Below, one piece after another: positions 28,290-37,420 of a stretch of DNA of 64,000 bases (position 1 is the first letter of the stretch; each line of letters starts with the position of its first letter). This DNA comes from Candidatus Hydrogenedentota bacterium. GTDB lineage: Bacteria; Hydrogenedentota; Hydrogenedentia; Hydrogenedentales; SLHB01. Under the pieces are notes generated by a model, which worked only from the letters and a program-made list of their open reading frames with translations, was not told the DNA's origin and did not search any database. Both the position numbers and the translations under genes were made by a program. The stretch is from positions 1,792,001 to 1,856,000 of the forward strand of contig CAXXYE010000009.1 in assembly GCA_963674865.2 (NCBI GenBank), in the 5' to 3' direction.

Positions 28290-29855
28290 CTATGGCTTGC
28301 GGTAGGCGCGCCAGCGGACGCCGAGTTTGCGCATGCGGGCGCGTAGGGTGTTGGGATTTATGTCGAGGAGCGCCGCGGCGCCGTTGGGGCCTTCAACGCG
28401 GCCGTTCGTGCGGGCGAGGGCGGCTTCGATATGGGCGCGCATGGCGTTGTCGAGGGATGGGAATGGGGATGCCGTCTCGGCCGGGGTGCTGTGATGGGCC
28501 TGGGGCCGGGGCGACGGGGCGGCGTCGAGGCTCATGACGCCGAGGGCTTTGGCGATTTCGAGACGCCGGCCGTTGCCGAGGAGGGCGGCGCGGTCCATCA
28601 CGGTGCCGAGTTCGCGGACGTTGCCGGGCCAGGCGTATTGGATGAGAAGGGCCACGTCCCGTTCGGAAGGCATGAGTGCGGGAAGTCCGAAGCGCGTGGC
28701 GGCGCGTTCGGCGAAGTGGCGCGCGAGGATGGGGATATCCTGGATTCGGTCGCGTAGGGGGGGCACGAGAATGGGGAAAACCGCGAGGCGGTACCAGAGG
28801 TCCTCGCGGAAGCGTCCTTCGGGCACCATGGCGGCGAGGTCGCGGTGGGTGGCGGCGACGATGCGGACGTCGACGTTGATGGGGTGATTGCCACCGATCC
28901 GCTCGAACCAACCGTCTTGCAGGATGCGCAGAAGGCGCACCTGGGCCGCAAGGGGGAGCTCGCCGATCTCGTCGAGGAAGAGGGTGCCGCCGTCGGCGCG
29001 CTCGAACCAGCCTTTGCGGGCTTCGACGGCGCCGGTGAAGGCGCCGCGTTCGTGTCCGAAGAGCTGGGAGTCGATGAGTTCCGGGGGGATGGCGCCGCAG
29101 TTGACACGGATGACGGGGCCGTTCGCGCGGCGGGAGCGCCGGTGGATGGCGCGGGCCAGCAGCTCCTTCCCGGTGCCGGTTTCGCCGAGAAGCAGGACGG
29201 GCACGTCGGACGGGGCCACCATCGCCACGCGCTCCATGACGGAGCGGAGGCCGGCATCATCGCCGATGATCACATCGCCGAGTTCCTTGCGGCCTAACCG
29301 GCTCAGGAGGGAGCGCCGGTCGGCCTCGGCGGCCTCACGCAGGGCGTCTATCTCGCGGAGGCGGTGGTCGTTATCGAGGGCGACGGCAATGGGTTCGAGG
29401 AGAACGTCGGTCATGGCCTCATGGCGTGGCTCGAAGGCGTGGCCCGCTTTCGCCACAAGAAACAGAAGGCCCGCGGGTTCGCCGTGGTTGTGCAGCGGCC
29501 CGACGAGCACGTCGCCTTCCGGAGTCGAGGGGAGAGTCGCCGACACTGCGGGCGACACAAGGGCGGCATCCGCTAGGTGAGCCACCTGCCTACGCCGGCA
29601 CCAGGCGACAAGTGCGTCCATCTGCTCGGGCGAGCACTCGATGCGTGGTTCCGGTTCGACTTGGGGGTCGCCGGCGGCGCCGACGGCGGCCGTTACAACG
29701 GCGGCGCGGGTGGATTCGATGCGCCGGATGACGAGGCGATCGAGGGGCATGTGACGGGCAAGCATCGCGGCGATGTTCGCGGCGGCGTCATCGAGTTCGA
29801 TGTGGCGACACGCCTCGCGCCATACATCGAGGAGTATTTCTCTGAACTTATCCAT
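28290..29855 (-). CDS. Sigma-54-dependent activator (FhlA/HyfR-like: GAF-like, AAA+, HTH)
   Basis: GETGTGKE, GAFTGA, LFLDEIGE, FREDLWYRL, WPGNVREL, C-terminal HTH. Confidence 0.95.
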   Translation of the reverse strand: MDKFREILLDVWREACRHIELDDAAANIAAMLARHMPLDRLVIRRIESTRAAVVTAAVGAAGDPQVEPEPRIECSPEQMDALVAWCRRRQVAHLADAALVSPAVSATLPSTPEGDVLVGPLHNHGEPAGLLFLVAKAGHAFEPRHEAMTDVLLEPIAVALDNDHRLREIDALREAAEADRRSLLSRLGRKELGDVIIGDDAGLRSVMERVAMVAPSDVPVLLLGETGTGKELLARAIHRRSRRANGPVIRVNCGAIPPELIDSQLFGHERGAFTGAVEARKGWFERADGGTLFLDEIGELPLAAQVRLLRILQDGWFERIGGNHPINVDVRIVAATHRDLAAMVPEGRFREDLWYRLAVFPILVPPLRDRIQDIPILARHFAERAATRFGLPALMPSERDVALLIQYAWPGNVRELGTVMDRAALLGNGRRLEIAKALGVMSLDAAPSPRPQAHHSTPAETASPFPSLDNAMRAHIEAALARTNGRVEGPNGAAALLDINPNTLRARMRKLGVRWRAYRKP

Positions 29856-29993
29856 GAGGAATCCGTTATTATTGGCAGTCATTCTATCACATATAATTGA
29901 CAATTTCTACCTTATTTGATGTTTTCCTGGTTCTCTTGGGGTGTTTGGTTTGTAACTAATTGCTTTGCAATGTCTTGCGGCGCCTTTGGCTCC

Positions 29994-30009
29994 TGGCATG
30001 TGTGTTGCT
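29994..30009 (+). promoter_or_regulatory. Sigma-54 (-24/-12) promoter
   Basis: TGGCATG-TGTG-TTGCT with exact GG-N10-GC spacing, divergent from a sigma-54 activator. Confidence 0.8.
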
Positions 30010-30040
30010 ATTTAGGGTGTATCCGGAAGTTCGGGACATT

Positions 30041-30191
30041 GGAACCGTTGAAAAAGTCCGGAGTTGCTGCACGCAGGCCGCGAAGGGACCTGGGACAGTC
30101 CCGTCTTCGTCCGCCTGCGGCGGACTCCGCTTGGGACAGTCCCGGTCCTTCGCTCAACCTCTGGGGCGAATGCGACTTTTTCAACAGCTCC
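30041..30191 (+). mobile_element. MITE-B (151 bp) with IS1182/IS5-like TIRs
   Basis: GGAACCGTTGAAAAAGTC...GACTTTTTCAACAGCTCC; flanks ACATT / ACAGT. Confidence 0.9.
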
Positions 30192-30276
30192 ACAGTCCCA
30201 AGTTTCCAGAGGTGTCATGCGCGGTTTTGAGCAAGGGTTTCCCGCCACGGTCTCGGGAGTCGAAAAGGAGTTGAGT

Positions 30277-31038
30277 ATGGATTTCCCCCTTATTCTGGTT
30301 GTCCCACTTGCCTTTGTGTGTGAATTCGTCGATTCGTCTTTGGGGATGGGCTACGGCACGGCGCTGACGCCCCTCTTGCTTCTTCTTGGCTTTGAGCCGC
30401 TTCAGGTGGTTCCGGCGGTGCTCTGTTCGGAATTCGTGACGGGGATCATGGCTGCGGTCACGCACCACCGCGCCGAGAACGTGGACCTCAGGCCCTCATC
30501 GAAGGACGCGAAGGTAGCATTGGTGCTTTCGCTTTTCTCGGTGGTGGGGGTGCTCATCTCGGTGGTGCTGGCGGTGTCCCTGCCGAAGCACATCCTGAAG
30601 ATCGCCATCGGCGTCATTGTGGTATCTATGGGCGTCTACTTGATCGCGGGACTGGGGCGACAGCATCGTTTTTCATGGCTACGGATTATGACGCTTGGCA
30701 CGGTGGCGGCTTTCAACAAGGGCATGAGCGGGGGCGGCTATGGCCCGCTGGTGACGGGCGGGCAGATGCTGTCCGGTGTGGGCGTGAAGAACGCCGTGGC
30801 GATCACTTCGCTCGCGGAAGGGCTGACGTGTCTCGTCGGTGTGATTACGTTCTTTGTGCTCAAGCGGGATATCGACTGGACGCTGGCGCCGTGGCTGATG
30901 GCGGGCGGGGTGATGTCGGTGCCGTTCGCGGTGCATACGCTGAAGCGGCTTCCGGAGCGTTATGCGCGAGTGGCCGTTGCCGTGGTCGTGCTGTTGTTGG
31001 GGGGACTGGCGCTGAGCAAAGGGCTTACGCACGCGTAG
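30277..31038 (+). CDS. TauE/SafE-family (TSUP) membrane transporter
   Basis: FVDSSLGMGYGTALTPLL, GMSGGGYGP, multiple TMs; AAGGAG SD. Confidence 0.88.
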   Translation: MDFPLILVVPLAFVCEFVDSSLGMGYGTALTPLLLLLGFEPLQVVPAVLCSEFVTGIMAAVTHHRAENVDLRPSSKDAKVALVLSLFSVVGVLISVVLAVSLPKHILKIAIGVIVVSMGVYLIAGLGRQHRFSWLRIMTLGTVAAFNKGMSGGGYGPLVTGGQMLSGVGVKNAVAITSLAEGLTCLVGVITFFVLKRDIDWTLAPWLMAGGVMSVPFAVHTLKRLPERYARVAVAVVVLLLGGLALSKGLTHA

Positions 31039-31211
31039 TCTTCCAGAACAGGCCGGTGGTGTTGAGCGAACGGGGATACTGCTCGCGGCTTGCCCCTGAG
31101 GTGCGTTGCCGCGCGCGGGGAAGCTGCGCTTCTCCCCGCACGGCCGGCCTACATTTCTGCGCGGGCGCTCCCCGCGTTCTGTAGGCAGAAGCCGATCAAG
31201 GAGATTCACTG

Positions 31212-32615
31212 ATGCGCGTAGGGTATTTGGCTGGACTCTGTCTTGCCGTTCTTGCGGCGGCTTTCCCCGTGTGGGCGTTCGAGGAGTCGTCCGCCGCCGT
31301 GAGGGAACGGGAACTCATGGAGCGGGTACAAGCCCTCGAACAGCGGATAGCGGAACTCGAAGAGCGGCCTGTGGCTCCGCCGGCCGCTACGCCCGCGGAA
31401 GCGCCTTCCGTGGAACAGGAAAGGGAAGCCGATACGGATTTCCGCGCGTATTGGAAGGATGGGCTGCGGTTTGAGACGCGGGACAAACGGTTCGCGTTGG
31501 GTGTCGGCGGGCGGATTCATTGCGACTGGGCGTTCTTCGATCAGGATGACGAGCTGAAGTGGGCCGTGGGCGACGAGGATGACGGGACGGAGTTCCGGCG
31601 CGCATGGATTCAGTTCCGGGGGACGCTGTATGACAGTATCCAGTTCAAGGCCGAGTACGATTTCGCGGGGAATAACGGGGACGCGAAGTTCAAGGACGTG
31701 TACATTGGCGTCGAGGACTTACCGTGGGTGGGAAACGTCAAGGTCGGACATTTTCGAGAGCCTTTCGGCTTTGAGCAGTTGACGAGCGCCAATTACCTGA
31801 CGTTTATGGAACGGGCGCTGCCGGACGTGTTGACGCCCGGCCGGAACATGGGGCTTCTCTCTTACGACAGTCCCTTGAACAAGCGCCTGACATGGGCGAT
31901 TGGCGCGTTCAAGGGCGTGGACGACTTTCCGTCCGATGATGATTCCGACGAGGATCAAGGCTATGCGGTGACGGCGCGCGTCACGGGCTTGCCGTGGTAC
32001 GCGGATGAGGGCCGCCGGTGGCTTCATCTCGGCGTGGCGTACAGCCGGCGCAATCCGGACGGCGCGGTCCTTGGATGGAAAGCGCGTCCCGAGGCGCATC
32101 TGGCGAACCGCTACGTCAACACCGAGGGAATCGCAGGATACCGATTGGCGGACGCGCGGATGGACGACGTGGCCGAATGGGGCATGGAAGCGGCGCTGAC
32201 GTGCGGGCCGTTCTCCGTGCAGGGCGAGTACATGCTTGCCGAGGTGGACACGGACTCAGCGGGCCGGCGGGCGTTCGACGGGTATTACGTCCAGGCCGGC
32301 TACTTCCTGACGGGGGAATGCCGGCCGTACACGCCGGCGAGCGGCTTGGTGGGACGGGTGCGTCCGCGGCGGAACTTCTCGCTTGGCGAGGAGCGTGGCT
32401 GGGGCGCTTGGGAGGTGGCCTTGCGCTATTCGGAGCTTGATCTGGATGACGGGCCCATCCGGGGGGGCGTCGAAGAGAACTACACGTTCGGCCTCAATTG
32501 GTACCTCAATGCCAACACGCGGGTGATGTGGAACTACGTGCTGGCGAACATCGAGCATGACTTGTACGACGGGGACTTGCAAGTGTTTCAGACGCGGTTC
32601 CAAGTGGATTTCTGA
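31212..32615 (+). CDS. OprO/OprP-like anion-selective porin
   Basis: Signal peptide, EFRRA, GHFREPFGFEQLTS, FMERAL, GAWEVALRYS, GLNWYLN, C-terminal Phe. Confidence 0.9.
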   Translation: MRVGYLAGLCLAVLAAAFPVWAFEESSAAVRERELMERVQALEQRIAELEERPVAPPAATPAEAPSVEQEREADTDFRAYWKDGLRFETRDKRFALGVGGRIHCDWAFFDQDDELKWAVGDEDDGTEFRRAWIQFRGTLYDSIQFKAEYDFAGNNGDAKFKDVYIGVEDLPWVGNVKVGHFREPFGFEQLTSANYLTFMERALPDVLTPGRNMGLLSYDSPLNKRLTWAIGAFKGVDDFPSDDDSDEDQGYAVTARVTGLPWYADEGRRWLHLGVAYSRRNPDGAVLGWKARPEAHLANRYVNTEGIAGYRLADARMDDVAEWGMEAALTCGPFSVQGEYMLAEVDTDSAGRRAFDGYYVQAGYFLTGECRPYTPASGLVGRVRPRRNFSLGEERGWGAWEVALRYSELDLDDGPIRGGVEENYTFGLNWYLNANTRVMWNYVLANIEHDLYDGDLQVFQTRFQVDF

Positions 32616-32651
32616 TGGCAGTGGACAACGGAGAAGAGGAAAGAGAGAGAC

Positions 32652-32816
32652 ATGCGGCATATTCTCATCGTATCTTGTAGGCGGGTGAGGCCGGCTGTGG
32701 CGGCCGATCTGTTGGTGAAGGAACAGATGATCACGGTGATCGCTGAGGCCGTGGATATGCTGGACGCTGCGTGGGCATTGGCTGAGGAGATACTGGACAA
32801 GAGCTGGGATTCGTAG
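32652..32816 (+). CDS. Small hypothetical protein (54 aa)
   Basis: ATG after a purine-rich SD-like tract; MRHILIVSC...LDKSWDS. Confidence 0.35.
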   Translation: MRHILIVSCRRVRPAVAADLLVKEQMITVIAEAVDMLDAAWALAEEILDKSWDS

Positions 32817-33078
32817 CGCGACAGAACGGGGGGCGACGGGGGAACGGGGGGCGGACGCGTCTGCGCTTCGCCTTGTTTGTTCCAAGTCAGTAACCACCAG
32901 CGGCACTGGCGGCTTGAGCACGGGCCTCAGGAGGCGGCGCGGAGTGCCCCTTTTGGGACGGGATTCGCAAGATTTACAGGATTGATGTCGAGAGTCGCGT
33001 GGATGTTGTGTTTCCTGGCCGTTTCTTGTCGTTGCGCAGCGCGGAGCCCGAGTGCGGCCCTTCCGGGAAGCGGGGGAT

Positions 33079-33125
33079 CACAGAATTCAGATCTGAGATT
33101 TCAGATTTCAGAACTCAGAACTGAG
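33079..33125. repeat. Degenerate heptamer tandem repeat (CAGA-based)
   Basis: CAGAATT CAGATCT GAGATTT CAGATTT CAGAACT CAGAACT. Confidence 0.7.
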
Positions 33126-33394
33126 AGTGGGCCTAGGGCACGTCTGGGACAGGGGGTTGGGACGTGTACGTACTTGCGTGTTCATGCGGCCGCTGTCACG
33201 GGCGATGCTAGGTAGTCGCTTCCGCTCAGTGCGATTGACATGCTGCTCCAACCATTCAGCCGGATATTCACAAGCGTGGAAGCGACAACACCGGTGGCTT
33301 GAACAGGCGTAGCGTTCGGCTCTTCGATTCTTGCCTTGCGGTTGGAAGGGGGCTATTCTGTAACGGGCAAAGGCATACTGTGGGGCACACTGCA

Positions 33395-34471
33395 ATGAAA
33401 CGATGGAAAGTAGCGGGGATCAATTTCGATCATTTGCACATGGGCGACAACCTCCGCATGGCGTTCGAACATCCGGCGGTGGAGGTGGTGGGCGTTTGCC
33501 ACGAGAACCGGGAGCGGATGGAGGACACCATCTCGAAGTTCGGCATCCCGGGGGGGCGCGTGTTCAGGGATTACCGGGCGTGCCTCGAGGCAACGACGCC
33601 GGACATCGTCCTGTTGTGTCCCGCGACGGCGCGTCACGGTGAGTGGACGGAGAAGGTCGCGCCGTTCGGCGTACACGTCATTATGGAGAAGCCTTTCGCG
33701 GCGACGTTGGCGGAGGCGGACGCGATGATCGCCGCCATGGCGGGCACGGGGAAGCGGCTGGCCATCAACTGGCCGCTCGCGTGGTATCCGCCGCACCGCA
33801 CCACGAAGCGGCTGATCGATGAGGACGTCATCGGGGAGGTCTTGGAGGTCCATTACTACGATGGGAACCGGGGGCCGTTGTTTCACGTGGCGGACAAGGA
33901 TGACACGACGGCGGAGTATCGCGCGCGGGAGAAGTCCAAGAGCTGGTTCTATCAGAAGGCCAAGGGGGGCGGCTCGCTTCTGGATTACCTGGGCTACGGG
34001 ACGACGTTGGGCACGTGGTATCAGGGGGGGCGCGCGCCGCTCGAAGTGACGACGGTGGTGGATGAGCCGGCGGGCCTCGAAGTGGACGAACACAGCGTGA
34101 CGGTGGCGCGCTATGCGCACGGGCTGTCGAAGTTCGAGACGCGGTGGGGGACGTTTACCGATCCTTGGACGCACCAGCCGCAGCCGAAATGCGGTTTCGT
34201 CGTCAAAGGAACGGACGGCACGATCAGCAGCTACGATTACGAGAAAACCATCCGCGTTCAGACGCGGGCGTGTCCGGAAGGGGAGGATCTGCCGGTCGAT
34301 GCGTTGGCGCCGCCGATGCAGAATCCGGTTCAGTATGTGATTCACTGCATCGAGAACGACCTGGCCGTCGAGGGGCCGCTTTCGCCGGCTATTTGCCGCA
34401 TCGGGCAGCAGATCGTCGATACGGCGGCTCGCAGCGCGCAGGAGAAGCGGACGGTTGCGCTGATCGATTGA
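33395..34471 (+). CDS. Gfo/Idh/MocA oxidoreductase
   Basis: HVIMEKPFA, IGEV, GGSLLDYLGY. Confidence 0.9.
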   Translation: MKRWKVAGINFDHLHMGDNLRMAFEHPAVEVVGVCHENRERMEDTISKFGIPGGRVFRDYRACLEATTPDIVLLCPATARHGEWTEKVAPFGVHVIMEKPFAATLAEADAMIAAMAGTGKRLAINWPLAWYPPHRTTKRLIDEDVIGEVLEVHYYDGNRGPLFHVADKDDTTAEYRAREKSKSWFYQKAKGGGSLLDYLGYGTTLGTWYQGGRAPLEVTTVVDEPAGLEVDEHSVTVARYAHGLSKFETRWGTFTDPWTHQPQPKCGFVVKGTDGTISSYDYEKTIRVQTRACPEGEDLPVDALAPPMQNPVQYVIHCIENDLAVEGPLSPAICRIGQQIVDTAARSAQEKRTVALID

Positions 34472-34495
34472 GGCAGCCGAAAGGAAGACGAGGGC

Positions 34496-35608
34496 ATGAG
34501 CGAAGATCGGGAGTGTCGGGGCAGCGGTGAGGCGCAGCGTGAGACACAGGCGCCGGAGCTTTCGTACTTGCCCCGGGAGCCGCGGGCGTATTCGCCGGGC
34601 ATCGGCCTCATTGGCTGCGGCGGCATCGCGCCCTATCACCTTGGCGCCTATGCGGCTGCGGGATACCGCGTGACGGCGCTGTGCGACGTCGATGAGGCAC
34701 GCGCCACGAAACTGCGGGATGAACATTTCCCGGGCGCGGCGGTCTCTACGGATTACCGGACGGTGCTCGATAGGGATGATATCGAGGTGGCGGATATTGC
34801 GGTGCATCCGGAGCATCGGACGCCGATCACCGAGGCGGCGTTCAAAGCCGGGAAGCACGTGTTGAGCCAGAAGCCGTTCGTGGTGGACCTCGATGAGGGA
34901 GAGGCGCTGGTGGCGCTGGCCGAGCGGCTGGGGCGGAAGCTGGCGGTGAACCAGAACGGGCGCTGGGCGCCGCACTTCAGTTACATGCGCGAGGCCGTTC
35001 GGAGGGGCGTTGTCGGCGAGGTGTGCGCGGCGCACCTATCGACGCATTGGAGCCATGATTGGACGGCAGACACGCCTTTCAACGAGGTAAGACATCTTAT
35101 CCTCTACGATTTCGGGATTCACTGGTTCGATATCCTGGGGTGCTTCTTCGCGGGCCGGCCGGCCAAACGCGTGCGCGCGACGACGGCCCATGCGCCGGGC
35201 CAACGCGCGAAGCCGGACATGCTGGCCCAGGCGACAGTCGAGTACGAGAGCGGCCAGGCGTCGCTGGTTTTCGACGGCTTCACTACGTTCGGGGCGTGCG
35301 CGCGGGGGATCATTGTGGGGACGGAAGGCACCATCGCCTGCGAGGGGCCGAACATCAACGAGCAGCAGGTGACGCTGTGGACGGCGGAGGGCTATGCGAG
35401 GCCGGCACTCGATGGCTCCTGGTTTACTACCGGCTTCCACGGGACGATGGCGGAGCTGTTGTGCGCCATCGAGGAGGAGCGTGAGCCCTTCAACGGCGCG
35501 CGGGAAAACCTCAATAGTCTGGCGTTGTGCTTCGCCGCGGCGGCGAGCGCCGACACCGGGGAGCCTGAGGTCCCCGGCGCCGTACGCCGAATGCCGGGCA
35601 CGGAGTAG
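34496..35608 (+). CDS. Gfo/Idh/MocA oxidoreductase
   Basis: GLIGCGGIA, GKHVLSQKP, NQNGRW, DFGIHWFD. Confidence 0.92.
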   Translation: MSEDRECRGSGEAQRETQAPELSYLPREPRAYSPGIGLIGCGGIAPYHLGAYAAAGYRVTALCDVDEARATKLRDEHFPGAAVSTDYRTVLDRDDIEVADIAVHPEHRTPITEAAFKAGKHVLSQKPFVVDLDEGEALVALAERLGRKLAVNQNGRWAPHFSYMREAVRRGVVGEVCAAHLSTHWSHDWTADTPFNEVRHLILYDFGIHWFDILGCFFAGRPAKRVRATTAHAPGQRAKPDMLAQATVEYESGQASLVFDGFTTFGACARGIIVGTEGTIACEGPNINEQQVTLWTAEGYARPALDGSWFTTGFHGTMAELLCAIEEEREPFNGARENLNSLALCFAAAASADTGEPEVPGAVRRMPGTE

Positions 35609-35639
35609 TCCGCGCCGTTACTGCTCGTGGATAGGCCGA

Positions 35640-36338
35640 CTACTGGGCGTCGAGCCAGTTCTGCCAGCCCTTCTTCATGTCCGCGATGGGGTCCTCGGGA
35701 CTGAGTTCGTATTCCATAACGAGGGGGCCGGCGAAGCCGATGTCATTCAGGGCGTGGGCGACGGCCGCGAGATCGATGTCGCCTTCGCCGAGGATCTGCT
35801 CTTCGCCGCCTTGCACCCAGTCCTTGAGATGGACGGAGATGACGCGGCTGCCCAACTGCTCGATGATCTCGTCGGGCGCTTCGCCGGAGCGGATGGCGTG
35901 GCCGGTGTCGACGCAGGCGCCGATGAGGGGGGTGCGGCCTTCTACGGCGTCGAGGGTGTCGGCGACCTTGTCGTACCGCGCGCCGGGGCCGTGGTTGTGG
36001 ATGGCGATCTTGACGCCGAATTCCTCGCAGAGTCCTTCGAGGTCGTCGAACGCCTCGGGGGCCGGGTCGGCGCTGAGGATCTCGACGCCGAGGGCCTTGG
36101 CGAACTCGAATTTCTTGCGGTTGGCCGCGGCATCGGCGCCGAAACCTTCGACGCCGAAGCAGGGGACGCTAATCCCGGCGGCTTCGATGGTTTGCTTGAC
36201 GTGGGCGAAGCCTTCATGGGCGGCGTCGGGCGGAAAGTGCACGGCGCAGAACTCCATCGTGTTGAGGCCCACGTCTTTGAGGCATTGGATCGAATCCTCG
36301 AAGCTGAATTTCCTGAAGCTGAAGCTTTGGGCGCCCAT
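35640..36338 (-). CDS. Sugar phosphate isomerase/epimerase (xylose isomerase-like TIM barrel)
   Basis: IAIHNHG, DTGH, VHLKD, LGEG.ID, MEYE; GGAGGA SD. Confidence 0.88.
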   Translation of the reverse strand: MGAQSFSFRKFSFEDSIQCLKDVGLNTMEFCAVHFPPDAAHEGFAHVKQTIEAAGISVPCFGVEGFGADAAANRKKFEFAKALGVEILSADPAPEAFDDLEGLCEEFGVKIAIHNHGPGARYDKVADTLDAVEGRTPLIGACVDTGHAIRSGEAPDEIIEQLGSRVISVHLKDWVQGGEEQILGEGDIDLAAVAHALNDIGFAGPLVMEYELSPEDPIADMKKGWQNWLDAQ

Positions 36339-36375
36339 CAAACATCCTCCATTCATGATTTGCTCTTGTATTGAC

Positions 36376-37308
36376 TCAGCAGCTTGCGCCGCCTTCCTCG
36401 GCAGGTTCTATATGGACGAGCACGTCGCGTATCCGGGGATTCGCGCGGCAAATGGCGTTCTTCACTTCGTGGGCGACCTCGTGGCCTCTCCGGACGGACA
36501 TGGCGCCGTCGACGTGGACGTGGAGATCGACGAAGTAGTCGAATCCCATCTTGCGCACCGCGCAGGTGTGGAGGTCCGTGACGCCGGAAACGCCCGCGGC
36601 GATGGTGCGGACGGACTCGCAGATGGCTGGGTCGGGGGCCTGGTCCATCACCTCGGCGATGGCGGGTCTGAGCAGGCGGTAGCCGTTGAATCCGATGATG
36701 CCGCAGGCGGCCAAGGCGGCCCAGTCGTCGGCGGACTCATAGCCTTCTCCTCCGACAACCGCGATACTAATTCCGATGAAGGCCGCGAGCGAAGTGATAG
36801 CGTCGCTTCGGTGATGCCAGGCGTCCGTCTTGACGGCTGTGCTCTGCACATCGCGGCCTACCTTGATCACGAAGCGAAAGAGAGTCTCTTTCACGAGGAT
36901 GACGCCCACCAGGACGATCAGCGTGAATGGGGCCGGGGCGTAGTGGGGGGCGAGAATCTCGCGCACACTCTGGATAGCGAGGCCCACCGCCACGGCGATT
37001 AGGCCCATCGCCACGACGACGGCGGCCAGCGGCTCGGCCTTGCCGTGGCCGTAGGGGTGGGTGTCGTCGGGCGGCACGGATGCGATCCGAATGCCGCCCA
37101 GGACGACAAGGGACTGCATGATGTCCATGAGCGATTCGGTGGCGTCGGCAATAAGGGCGTAGGAGTGTCCGAGCAGGCCGGCCAAGCCCTTGATGGCGGC
37201 GAGGGACGCGTTGACGACGACGCCCACGAGGGTCGTCTTGACGGCGTGTGCTGCCGCATCGGCCGCGGTGGCCGTAGGTTGCTTCTGATGGCTGGTGGCG
37301 GTGTCCAC
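36376..37308 (-). CDS. Cation diffusion facilitator (CDF) transporter
   Basis: SYALIADATES, HPYGHGKAE, DAWHHRSD, VLVHIEP. Confidence 0.93.
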   Translation of the reverse strand: MDTATSHQKQPTATAADAAAHAVKTTLVGVVVNASLAAIKGLAGLLGHSYALIADATESLMDIMQSLVVLGGIRIASVPPDDTHPYGHGKAEPLAAVVVAMGLIAVAVGLAIQSVREILAPHYAPAPFTLIVLVGVILVKETLFRFVIKVGRDVQSTAVKTDAWHHRSDAITSLAAFIGISIAVVGGEGYESADDWAALAACGIIGFNGYRLLRPAIAEVMDQAPDPAICESVRTIAAGVSGVTDLHTCAVRKMGFDYFVDLHVHVDGAMSVRRGHEVAHEVKNAICRANPRIRDVLVHIEPAEEGGASC

Positions 37309-37420
37309 GTGTCTGTTCCGAGAAGGTCGGTGTATCCGGGCAATTGTCTTTGTGGCTACGAAGGATAGCAGAACGGCTTGGCTCTTTCACCAAGGCCGAC
37401 TGCGAGGACACCGGCCAGGA

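Noticed and set aside
30064..30276. N-terminal extension of the TauE-like gene and other ORFs starting in MITE-B
   Set aside because: These peptides derive from the MITE and recur at each copy; the ATG at 30277 has a clear SD.
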